DNA of 64,000 bases from Schizochytrium sp. TIO01 (taxonomy: Eukaryota > Protista > Bigyra: Labyrinthulomycetes): assembly GCA_004764695.1 (NCBI GenBank), contig SMSO01000037.1, positions 4,874,747-4,938,746 of the forward strand, given 5' to 3'. The notes under the pieces are model-generated. The model saw only the letters and a program-made list of their open reading frames with translations. It did not search any database and was not told where the DNA came from. Below are positions 12,116-22,972 of this stretch, in pieces (the first letter of the stretch is position 1; every line of letters starts with the position of its first letter). The position numbers and the translations under genes are program-made.

Positions 12116-12135
12116 GTAGGTAGGTACCTACCTAC
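12116..12135. other. Perfect 20-bp palindrome GTAGGTAGGTACCTACCTAC in a TpA-rich patch upstream of the lipase gene
   Basis: Self-complementary, read directly. Confidence 0.85.
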
Positions 12136-12906
12136 ACTAACTACTACCTTGATGCCGGAACTTTTGGCATTTTCTAAAGAGTGTTAGGTTTGAGGCGTCG
12201 TTCACCTTGCTCGCACATGCAGCATATGCAATGGCAACGCCAAGGTTTCTGGCAACACATCTAGCCGAATTGGAGTTCCTCGCTGCGCAAGCAATCTTGA
12301 AATGCAACAATTTACCAGAATTCTTTGGTCCAACTCCGACTAAGCCAGGCATACCAAACCCTACTGGCTGGTAAAATAACACAACATTATAAGAGTGTGC
12401 TATTGGTTCGCTAGTCAAAACTGGTACTTTGCCAGCGGTCAACTAGCTTAGCTGCCCTAGTTGATTACATCCTTGCAAGAGCCGCAGCGCCGCTTGCAAA
12501 CCTCAAACTCCGTGGGTCTTTCGGAGGCACAAGCTGAAGGAGAAAGTTGAATCGTCACTGCCTCCCTGATAAGCTGTAGAGAGTTTGTAAATACGTGGAC
12601 TTAGCAGAGCGTTTTGCTTTCTTTGGTAGCGTGTTGACTTGGTTTCATCGAGTTACAGTACAGTACATTCTCTGCTTACGTCGGAGCCGCTGACTTCGCG
12701 TGCCACGAGAGAAAGCTCTGCGTCTCGCTGGCCCTCGCACAAGCTCAGGGATAACTAAACTATCCTGGAGAGATCACGGAAACCTACATTTTAAGTCTCT
12801 ACGCAGCTGTGAGTAGGTGCAAGCAGGAAACTTGAACTCGAACAATTAGTCGTTGCCTGGTAGGTTTGTCAGGGGCTGAGGTATAGAGATCTATTAACCT
12901 GCAATC

Positions 12907-14145
12907 ATGGTTCTAGGTCCCTACAGCCTCGTGGGCAACTTCATGACTAGCCTAAGCGAGAGTGGGGTAATTGCAGCATGCTCAAAGCTAGCTGCAAACC
13001 TCTTGTACCTTGCTGTGCCTGCATCCGAAATTGGCGCTGTCCTTGTCTTCGTCTATGTCGCATACGCTCTGGCAACTCGTGACACAGCAAAAAAACACTC
13101 TGCAATTCTCAGTGGTATTGCAGGGCCTGATCGAGAGCCACCACACGACATCATGAAACCCCACTTTTTTCAAAACAAGCAAGGTTTGTGGCTTCACCAT
13201 GGCCTAATTTGGGACGAAACCAAGTATGGCCCACCAGTAGCAGTGGCTGTCCTTCTGCATGGACACAGTGAACACTCACGGCGTTTCATTCATGTTGCAG
13301 AACATCTCAATTCTCAAGGTGTTGCTGTTTTTATTATGGACCACCAGGGTTTTGGACGTAGCGAGGGAGATCGCGCCCACGTGGAGGACTTCATGCATTA
13401 TGTCGAGGATGTCATGTACTTTATGCAACACGTTGTTTACGAAGATCACCCAGAGTGGCGTCACTTGGCACGTTTTATTGTAGGTCACAGTATGGGTGGT
13501 CTGATTGCTATTCACACAGCTTTGCGCTGCCAAGAGAGTGACCACCCAAGTCACTTGGTTTCTGGTGTGATGTTGTCTGCACCTGCTGTGCACGTGGATC
13601 CCAGCAGGAATAACGGCTTACTCAAGCTAGTGGGACAGATTTTGGACGTTGTTGCTCCAAAGCTGCCAATTATTTCTTTTCCGGAGCATCCTAGCACAAG
13701 TTTTCTTCAGGTTAAGTTGCATGCCACATTTGATCCACTTAACTATCAAGGCTATGTACGTATTCATCAAGGCTTGGAGCTTCTTCGTGCGACGGAGCTT
13801 GTTCTCAAGCATGCGCCTGCATTTAATACGCCAATCATTATTGCTCACGGTGTAGAAGATATGCACTGTGATATTCGCGGTTCTCGTGAGTTTATGAAAC
13901 TTATCATGTCTGAGGATAAGAAGTTGATTGAGCTGCCCAACATTCGCCACGAGCCGTTTCAGGAAGTAGCTGATGTACGCGATCCTATTTTGCGGCAGCT
14001 TTCCACATGGCTCTTGGAGCGTGCCAACACAAAGTCAGCGCCATTGCCAAAGTCTCTGGATCGCCTTCGCCAGTTGAAGATGAACTCCCACCCCTCCGAT
14101 TCTTCAGTATCGACTGCATGTGGAAGCGAAATCCCCGCCGCGTAA
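12907..14145 (+). CDS. Alpha/beta hydrolase, monoacylglycerol lipase/lysophospholipase (Hydrolase_4) family, with N-terminal hydrophobic segment
   Basis: LLHGHSEH, DHQGFGRSEG, nucleophile elbow GHSMGG, acid HGVED, catalytic His RHEPFQE. Hydrophobic IGAVLVFVYVAYALA near the N-terminus. Confidence 0.94.
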   Translation: MVLGPYSLVGNFMTSLSESGVIAACSKLAANLLYLAVPASEIGAVLVFVYVAYALATRDTAKKHSAILSGIAGPDREPPHDIMKPHFFQNKQGLWLHHGLIWDETKYGPPVAVAVLLHGHSEHSRRFIHVAEHLNSQGVAVFIMDHQGFGRSEGDRAHVEDFMHYVEDVMYFMQHVVYEDHPEWRHLARFIVGHSMGGLIAIHTALRCQESDHPSHLVSGVMLSAPAVHVDPSRNNGLLKLVGQILDVVAPKLPIISFPEHPSTSFLQVKLHATFDPLNYQGYVRIHQGLELLRATELVLKHAPAFNTPIIIAHGVEDMHCDIRGSREFMKLIMSEDKKLIELPNIRHEPFQEVADVRDPILRQLSTWLLERANTKSAPLPKSLDRLRQLKMNSHPSDSSVSTACGSEIPAA

Positions 14146-17100
14146 ACTGTACACGAAGAATTATGTGTGGATGCAAAAGCTTGGCATGGCCAGTTTCGAA
14201 GCCGTTAAGAACAATTACTTGAGGAAAGTCCTATTTCATATGCGGAGTCTGCGTAATCTTCTTTGGATATGCCAATTTCTCGGTTAACGGGATTTTGTTT
14301 GTCGTTGTCTTTCAGCGACAGATAGCTTAGATGCCTGCTTTGGGTTTCTTGCATCTCTGCCGTATGTTTTTGATCCAACTGAGGCATATACTTTTCCGGG
14401 AAATTGTGCGAGAGATCCCTTGACAAAGAATCACGATCATGCTAATGCTCTGTATGTGTGATGTTTATGTGTTTGTGACGATATAAATGACCAAATCCTA
14501 AAAAGATAAATCTATATTTTTCTGAAAAAGATACATGATTCTCATCATCATGACTTGTTGAAACATTTCGTTATAAGTTTTATTCACGGAGCGTTTTGAA
14601 AGTAGCTGTCTTTGAAAAGTCACTTTCTCGTCAGTTCAGCATAAAGTTTGATGGGTGCCACACCAGTAGACTGAGTTCCAGCATGAATCCTGTTTGTTGC
14701 TTTTACTTTAAATGAATTCTTAGGATCTCAGAGAAGGAAGTGATATTTATATTTGAGGAGTCACTGTTGTCATCTTAGCTCCCTTTACATGTGAAGTATT
14801 TGTATTAGGTTACAGGTCTTTTGATGTGTGAAACCAGTTTTGTAAGAGACAACTCAAAGAAGTATTCTTTCCAGATAGGGTAGGGCCTAGAGATGAGCTG
14901 AAGGGTGGAAACTTTAGTCTCTTTGATGAATGAAACAGAACTATGAGTGAGACGGAAGGATTTAATCTAATGCTCTTGAACCAAAAATAAATAATAATAC
15001 TACAAAAACTTCGTTTTTAAAGCGCTGCAGTTAAAGTTGAAAAGAACCGGGGCACTATTAAGTGTTAGTAGCAACTTAAATGCCAGTGGGTGTAATATAC
15101 TTGTTTGGTGAGAAAGATTGGATTTTGCCTGCGATTTTTCGTTTACTTTACTAATGGCAGTACCTAGGTAAGCGCTATACGAAATGAAAAATTGGGCCCG
15201 CCAGTCTTGTCTTTACTACCCTTTCGCATTAAGATTGGTCCGAGCTACGTGAACAAGCCAAGTTCTTCGAAGATAATATTATGGATGTTTAGGTCTAATG
15301 GCGTATACATAGCATTGATAGAAGTCGAAAGACCTTCCTGTTGACGTTAACATCTGATCAATCGAGCGTGGGAGGAAAACTTGGAGTCTAAAGATCGAAG
15401 AAACACAACGAAAGATCATCTTCGCGTAAGCACGGCAAGCAGCAGTCAAATTGCTACCTTTGTTGATGGGGTGCCGCAGTAATCATGTTGCAAGCGATAC
15501 TAGATGAGTCAGTACGAGAGTTCTCAATTAAGTACGCTTTTCGTTCTCATTCTTCCACACTACCTACTTCCAAACTTGCAATCTATCCCGCATAAAAAAA
15601 GAAGTGCTTTAGCTAGGAGGTACCTACCAGGTTAAAGGAGCAGGCCTCGGCTCCCTTTTCCCGTTTTCATTAACTACATCTGCTGTTGTGTTTTTTGTTT
15701 TTTGTTCAACTTTCCTGCTTGGTAGTATTGCAAGTTGTCAATAAAAGATCTACGGTAGTGCGACTAAACTAACCCAAAGCTTGGCCAGACCCGACCTTGT
15801 AAAGTCACTTTGTGGCCGTTCGGGGCGCTCAAAGTCTTTCCACAAAACAACGCCAGCAGGAGGGCCAGTAGCAGCAAAGACTGCCAGGGCCCAAGCAAGG
15901 CAGCGGCTAGCGGCTAGTGAGTCAGTCCCTAGTGCGGCGGACCAAGTGCCGGCACGTGAATGGGCAAGTGGAAGTTGGGATCCCGACAGGAACAAAGTAG
16001 TTCACACGAGAGAGTGTTGATTGAGAGTGCTCACGCGTCGCTCGGGTCGACTCTGGCGGCAAAAGGTTTGTTTAGGGTAGTATATGATCGAGCTAGCTCT
16101 TACGTACTTACTTACTTAGTTACTAGGTTCAACATACGTGAGTGCTTCCTTGGTTACGCGGGTAGATCATACCACCGAGGCGAGTAGTCTAGGAGTGGGA
16201 AGAAGGTTTGCCAACTAGTAAAACCAGGAGGAGCGTGTGGAATGGCTATATAACGACATAACAAACGCTGGTGATACTGGCTGGTGCTTTCAAAGTTAAC
16301 CTTTGTTGAAAGATATTTGGTCTTTCAATGAATAAATGATACCCGGGCTGCTTGTTGTTGTAGTACTTACCTCTTCTGCACGATTCAATCGCACCACTTC
16401 GAAAAGAGTTAATTGCTTCGCTCCATGAACAAGGAAACGAACATGGGGGGTTTGGATGACACGGAGTACTAGCTACTTCCTTAGTCTTTGCTTAAAAAGA
16501 GTTGCACTTCGCAAAAGGAATTACGGTGCAAGAAATTGAGCACCAGCCAAATAATAAGTGCAGCTTACGAAAGTTTTGCCATTTCGGGGATGATGTTAAA
16601 GGATTGGTGGCGCTCGCAGGCCTTGGTCGGTTGACTTAAAGGCTTTCAGGTTTGTAGGTCTGTTTCTATATTGAACGAGTCGTTGCTAAAATTTCGTATG
16701 TGCTGCTGAAGAACAGAGTGACCGAAGAAAAGAGAAGGAGGAGTGAAGGCGAGAATGAGGCAGAAGAAGGGAGGGACCACTTGAAGGACAGCTTGAGGTG
16801 ACGATAGTAGTCTTGTTATGGATGTAGTAGGTAGATGATGGATATATAAATAGTAAGCAGTATAAAAGTCGAAACGAAGAAAGAAAATCCATGAATGATA
16901 CAGGTTACAAAGAAGAGTAAAATAAAGGGGCGAAATTGAATGGGACACTTGATGTGTCCCTATTTTGCCCGCATGCGGTGTGAGGAAATGATTGTAGTAC
17001 ATGTGTAAGCAATGGGAGCGAAGTAAATAAGACGGGTTAACTGCAGTCGTTGACAGCGTGCAGCGAGTACGAATCGCTGGCGCTGAGCGGGCTGCTGGTG

Positions 17101-17160
17101 GTGCTGCTGAAAGCGGTTTTATATATAGATAGGAAATAGCCAGGGGTTGAGGCATGCCAA

Positions 17161-18357
17161 TTAAGGCGAGTCTTGACCCTTCTGGTTCTTGGTCCAGCGC
17201 TCGACGATGAGCTTGCGGAGGTTGCTGCGAGAGATGGCGTAAGTGCCAACATAGAGTGTGATTTCGCTGTGCTTGCCGTCACCACGGCGCACAACAGCAG
17301 AGTATCCAGCCTCAGTGAGGAGCCAGCACACTCGTACAACAAGAGCAGACCAGATGCATCCGGGGTCATCTTGCGCAAGGCTCTCGGCGTAGTTAGCGAC
17401 GACGAGTTTGCATGCATGAGCGACGAGTTCGCGGCTGGGAATGCCACGGTGCGGGCCCTGAGTGAGCTCGTGGGCACACTTGGAGCGGAGCAAGAGTTGG
17501 ACGTCTTCCTGGAAAAGAACTGCTTTGCGGTGCTTACGCTGGTTTCTAAACCCTGAGGCCTTGAGGCGCGTAGCCTCTTCAGGGTTGAGTTGTCTGACCT
17601 GGTAAGACTCCATCATGTCAAGTACAATATCGGCCTCTGTCCTAGAGATGCCTCCGCTGGTTTCGATTTCGTGCATATGACTGAGCGGAAGCGGGGCGCA
17701 ATCATGGTTTGAGCTGGAGACCTGTTCGAGTCCTGCCTCTTCGTCGCTGTCGACTTGGTTGTTGTTGTTCATGTGCGTCGAGGAGGATGAGGAGGAGGAT
17801 GAGATGGCGGTAGCAGAGATCGATTCGGTGGAAGCGCTGCGCTTAACGGGGAGCACGGGCATCGGGAACGGGCGCATCTGCTCCTCACGAGGTGCGTGGG
17901 CTCTTGCACTGCTGTTGTTGCTGCTGCTGCTGCTTCCGTCGTCGATGGCGAGGTCATCATCCACCATTATAGGGGCACCCATGTTGGCATTGTTGTTGCT
18001 GCTGTGGTCGTTGTGGATACTGTCGATGTCGTCATCAAGGGCTGCAGGGGTGAACCAAAAGGGTGTGGTGGCTCTGGAGTTGTTGTTGGTGGACGAGAAG
18101 CCGTGGAATGGGGCATCAAAGTCGAACTCGTCCTCATTTTCGTGCATGCTATCTCCAAAGAATCCTTGCATGGAAGAACCCCAGAAGCTACCCGGCGCAC
18201 TGGGGACGACCACGTCGGACGCCATGAGAACGAACTCGTCCTCCGGGTCTGTCTTGGCCTTTTTCGCAGGCCTTGGGTCGTACAGGTCCGCCGCCGGCGC
18301 TGCTGCTGCCTTAAAACGGTGGCTGCTGTCCGCACTAATGTTGCTAAGGGCCGTCGT
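17161..18357 (-). CDS. Orphan putative nuclear regulator (long acidic/Ser/Asn-rich disordered region plus ~165-aa globular C-terminal domain). Proposed ACG start at 18357; first ATG is at 18225
   Basis: Open frame with GC-rich, coding-like codon use. NLS-like PRPAKKAK lies upstream of the first ATG. Poly-S/N and acidic-aromatic tracts. C-terminal region has ordinary globular composition. The start position is inferred. Confidence 0.8.
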   Translation of the reverse strand, partial: TTALSNISADSSHRFKAAAAPAADLYDPRPAKKAKTDPEDEFVLMASDVVVPSAPGSFWGSSMQGFFGDSMHENEDEFDFDAPFHGFSSTNNNSRATTPFWFTPAALDDDIDSIHNDHSSNNNANMGAPIMVDDDLAIDDGSSSSSNNSSARAHAPREEQMRPFPMPVLPVKRSASTESISATAISSSSSSSSTHMNNNNQVDSDEEAGLEQVSSSNHDCAPLPLSHMHEIETSGGISRTEADIVLDMMESYQVRQLNPEEATRLKASGFRNQRKHRKAVLFQEDVQLLLRSKCAHELTQGPHRGIPSRELVAHACKLVVANYAESLAQDDPGCIWSALVVRVCWLLTEAGYSAVVRRGDGKHSEITLYVGTYAISRSNLRKLIVERWTKNQKGQDSP

Positions 18358-18509
18358 TTTGCCAAATTTGTTCCACCCACTCGCGTGGGCGGTCTTCAGA
18401 TCCCTAGTGCTTTTCCGAGAGACTTTTCTTCTAATCGCTAAACACGAGCAACCAAGCTCGCTGCGATGCACGAGGATGTCTTCCTCGCCGCTGAGCAGTG
18501 AGCTGCTTG

Positions 18510-18549
<40 letters not shown>

Positions 18550-19089
18550 CTTGTTTGCTGTCTTGCTGCTGCTTCTTGATCTACCCTGAGCTCTCAGGAA
18601 CTCTTCGGCCTGAGTTTCAGATTTGCTGTCTGCTTGCCTCACTTGTGCCAGTTGGGGCTTTGTTTGGTAGCAGCTAGCTACTTATCACACCGGGACTAAG
18701 ACTCCTAGCGAGCTTCAGGAAGGAGCGCGACGGGTTTGTCTGCTGCTTCTTCTGCTTCTGCTTTTGATCTATATCTCTTTCGCTTTTTTCAGAGTTAAGA
18801 GTTTGTTTGCTCTTCGCTCTCTCTCCTTGGCTTGGCTTTCTTTCTTTTCTCTTCCTTCCTTGTTTTCCAACTAACTAACTATTTAATTAATTAGTTGATA
18901 ATTAAATTAAATTAATAGTTAGCAGAAGAACCTCCAAGAACAAAGAGGCACTTATCTACTAAGAACTAAGTCGCTTCTTGCTCTGCTTTTGCTCTGCTTT
19001 TGCTCTGCTTTTGCTTTGCTTGTGGGTTTGCTGTGAGTTGGCGAGGTGCTCGGAGTTGCGGTTTTGCTGGCGACTTTGCGTGGGCGGCA
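18358..19089 (-). promoter_or_regulatory. Putative long AUG-free 5' leader
   Basis: No CAT on the + strand between 18226 and 19089, so no ATG on the minus strand for ~865 nt. Confidence 0.55.
18373..18392 (-). promoter_or_regulatory. GNRA-tetraloop RNA hairpin in the putative 5' leader
   Basis: Minus strand reads CCGCCCAC-GCGA-GTGGGTGG: an 8-bp stem (one G-U pair) with a GCGA loop, ending 15 nt before the ACG. Confidence 0.55.
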
Positions 19090-21324
19090 CATCCAACCGC
19101 AGCTGTCTGCCGCGACTATGCCTGCGATAGGTACTAAGCGTGACGAAGCATGGCATTCCTTATGTGCTTGCTAGCCTTGCCATCATTCAATGCAAAAGAG
19201 AGAAAGAAAGAAAGAAAGAAAGAATAGATGAAAAGAAAGGAAAGAGGCCCTCCCTGTCTCTCCTCTCCCTTGGAGTGTGAGGAAAAAGGCTTTTCACTTC
19301 CCCTCTCATCTTGGAAAGTGAACAAAAGTAAAAGCTCTTCCCTCCTTTTCTTTTGTCTCTGCATGGGTCGGTCGCTTTCTTTCTCACTTTGAAAAGAACC
19401 GGCTCATCAGACAAACTTTCTTATTCCTTTCTAGTAATATTACTACAGTACACCTTCATTGAAAAAAGATTAAAAAGAAAGAAAGAGAAGAATGATCGAT
19501 CGATTGATAGAAGAAGAAGAAGAAGAAGATTATTGAATAAAGGATAAAAGAAAGCATCGCTTAAATAAAAAAGAAAGATGAAAACCTACTCTGTTGCAGC
19601 TTCTCTGAGGAGGCGCAAGGAACAAACAAACAGATGAATGAATGAATGAATGAATGAATGAAGAAATAAATAAATATTTGAATACGTGACAAATGAAAGG
19701 GTGGAAGAAAGACACGGGTCCCCTCGAGACTGCTTGCTGCCTCTTCCTGATCCGAGTGAGACTTTCAATTCTTAATTCGTTATCCATCTCCGGTCGCTCA
19801 AGTCTTCATTAATTAAAACAGACTGGCCGCCCGAGTTCCCAGAAAGCACATGCACCGATATGTTAAAACTAATCTAAAATAATAGTACACATACAGAAAG
19901 AGAGAGGGCTGCCCTGTCAGGGAGCCAGTCAGCCCAGCCTGTTTCCCTTTTGTGAGTTTGAGATCACTAACTCTCTCGTAATTGTTTTGTTTGATTTCTG
20001 TTTTCCTCTTTCATTTGAAGGAAAACAAGAAACTGACAATGAAGTTAGTTAGTTTTAAACTTAAAAGAGGGGAAGCTAGAAAGCAGAGGGGCTTCTGAGT
20101 CGGAGAGAGTTTCTCCGACGATTTCCTTTTACCATTAAAAAAAAAGAAGAAGAAAAAAGTTAAATGATGCAAACTATAAAATGAAATTAAAAAACCAAAA
20201 CATAAACGTTTTTTTCTTATTTTCTTATTTTTTTTTCTTCTCAAATAGTGATTTAAACGAAAAGCCTTCGTTTTCGTTTTCCCAATCTAGCGACTCAGTG
20301 CCAAACAAACTGGTACAGATTCAAATAGGTCTCTCTCTACCGACTGTTTAATTCATTTGTTTCTTCCTTTGTTAGAAAAACTTGACACTCTTGCATCATA
20401 AAGGCGAATCAAGATGCACCGAGAGCTTCTCCTTTACACAGCATGGCATAGCGCCAGTTCGCCCTCACGTTTGCTTTCCTCGCCTCTGCCGCGTTCGTTT
20501 TTTGTGGTGCCAGAGACCCCTGGAGGCCTGCCTCTCTCGAGGCCAAGGGCGCATCAGAGAGAAGAAACTCGAGGCCTAACGATCCTCTCTCTCTCTCTCT
20601 CTCTCTTCTCGCTGTTCCGCCGGTCCAGAAAGGAAAAGGCAAAAGAAAGAAAGAAAGAGAGAAAGAAAGAGAGAAAGAGAGAAAGAAAGAAAGAAGGAAA
20701 GAAAGGAAAAGAATGCCGAAAGAACTGGCGAAAGAGAGAACGGTCCATCGATCGCTCTGCTGGTTTTGAAAGTAGATGATATCACATCTGCTGTGCCACC
20801 GAACAGTCCATCCATCGTTGTTTGTATTAGACACATTCTCTTCTCGAGACTGCCGATGTCTGAGGACCTCGAGGAAAACAAGCAAATGCGGGGATTAGGA
20901 ATCGAGCAAAGTCGATCGAAAAGCGATTTTGATCAACTGAGACAAAATGGCCAGCGACCCGTCTCGTAGGGGTCCCCTAAGGTTTACTGTAGTGTATCCT
21001 CTTTGCGCCATGCTCACAGAGAGAGACGTCTCGCCTTGGGAAACGAACGTCGTAATTGCTTTTGCACTCTTTCGCCTCCATCTCCTACCGTGCAGCTAGC
21101 GGTAACTATAACCCCCATCAATTACGCTCCTTTGCTCTTTGTGTACCACGAGACTCCCCAGATGTTTGAAAGTTTTTTCTTTTTCTTTCTTTGTTTCTTC
21201 TCTACGCTTATGTATCAGTATGGAAAAGCAATTCATTGAAAACAAAGAAAGAAACTTTTCAAAATAACAGCCTAACAAACTGTTCTCCAAAAGTTGATGA
21301 TGGATGTACTAGTGAGAAAAGCAC

Positions 21325-21464
<140 letters not shown>

Positions 21465-21550
21465 GATGTGGCTGAGCTCCCAAGTCTCGCGATTCGTCCT
21501 CCCTCTTCTCAGGTGGGTAAACGGACTGTCCCATAGATAATGTTGTAAAA

Positions 21551-21581
<31 letters not shown>

Positions 21582-22855
21582 TGCTAGATATTGATTCTTC
21601 GAAGCGAGATCAAGTTTTGTTAGCTTTTCTTCTTGTCCATCTCAGTCAGTTCCTTGTCAAGGCGGGAGGGGGGCATTTTGCAAGAGTAAAGGACCTTTTT
21701 AACGATATTTTCTTTCAAGTTTCTTTTTACAGAGTGCAGATTCTGCTTTTCCTTTTAAAAAAAAGCAAAAAAAAAAAGCATAAAACGAAAAAAAGTATTT
21801 CTTTCATTCTAAATTTGGAAATAGCAAAAAAGTGTCGCAGAATAAGATAGTTTGGTTTCTGGCTTTTCTTATGAATGGAAGAAATAGTAGTACAGTGCCT
21901 TCAATTTAAAAAGAGAAAAGTGAAAAGAAATTTCTGAGGTAGTGATTACTCCATATGTAATCAGAGCAATTCTATTATTTTCGTTTCCTCTTTCTTCCCT
22001 AGCCTGCCTTCTACAGAAACAGTAGCAGGCTGGCACTTTCTTCCTACTGGGTCCTTCTCTACAGGCAACTGTTACAGAGCTAATACCTCGGTAAGTACCT
22101 TTATTGTCCTGCAACAGACAGTCAACGCACGAACGAACGAACGAACCAGCCAACCAACCAACCAACTAAATCAAACGAATGAATGAAAGAAGCAAAGCTA
22201 ATGGATTTTACACAAGGCACTGCTACGTGCATACATACAGGTCGAGCGATCCAGGGCGAGCTCATGGACCCATGCATGGGCGAGTAACAAATAAAACTGA
22301 TCAACTGCATCACTTGCACTGACGTACGAAAGGAAATTATAGTAAAAACAAATTATTAAAATCTTTATTTAAATATAGCTACTATCAGATCATGATCTAA
22401 AATATATACAATCGTCGTTCTTTATCTATGTATACTAATACATACATACAGAAATGCATGTATATATGTATGTATTGATTGATTGAATTGAATTGCTTCT
22501 TCGAGCTCATTCACGAAATAACTAACTAAGGAGCCAACTAAGCAGCCAAGTATGGGTGACGAATGAACTCCCTAGTGATCGCCATGTTGCGGCGGAGGGA
22601 ACTCTGAGTTGTCGTCGCGCATGAGCTCTGAGCTGAGGAGGCTTTGGACCAGCCCGCGCAGGCGGAGGCGATAAACGGACTATCCTCGAGACCAGTGCAG
22701 GCACGAGGCCGATGCTTTCGTACTTCTGGAGGGCGGAGGATCGCTCTCCATCCGCAGTCGATAGAATGGCTGACCGATTGATCAGTCCTCCATTGATTGG
22801 CTCGCTCGAGTTCTTGTCCATTCAATTGTCGTGCTCGAGTTGTTGCCTGACAAGT

Positions 22856-22972
22856 TCTCTTATCTCTTATCTATCTTATTATCTATCTTATTATTCATCT
22901 TATTATTCATCTTATTATTTACCTATCTTATTATTTACCTATCTTATTATTTACCTATCTTATTATCTATCT
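22856..22972 (+). repeat. Evolving TATCTTATTA(TTC/TTTACC) minisatellite
   Basis: About 8 related units of 12-16 bp. Confidence 0.85.

Noticed and set aside
17759-18589. 276-aa + strand ORF and other overlapping ORFs
   Set aside because: Antisense shadows of the GC-rich minus-strand gene.
18358-18642. N-terminal 95 aa of the 493-aa track ORF (GTG start)
   Set aside because: Runs through an (AGGC)n microsatellite and looks like leader sequence; protein-like sequence begins near 18357.
21100-21112. GGTAACTATAAC resembling the LSU rRNA homing-endonuclease site
   Set aside because: Short isolated match with no flanking rRNA similarity.
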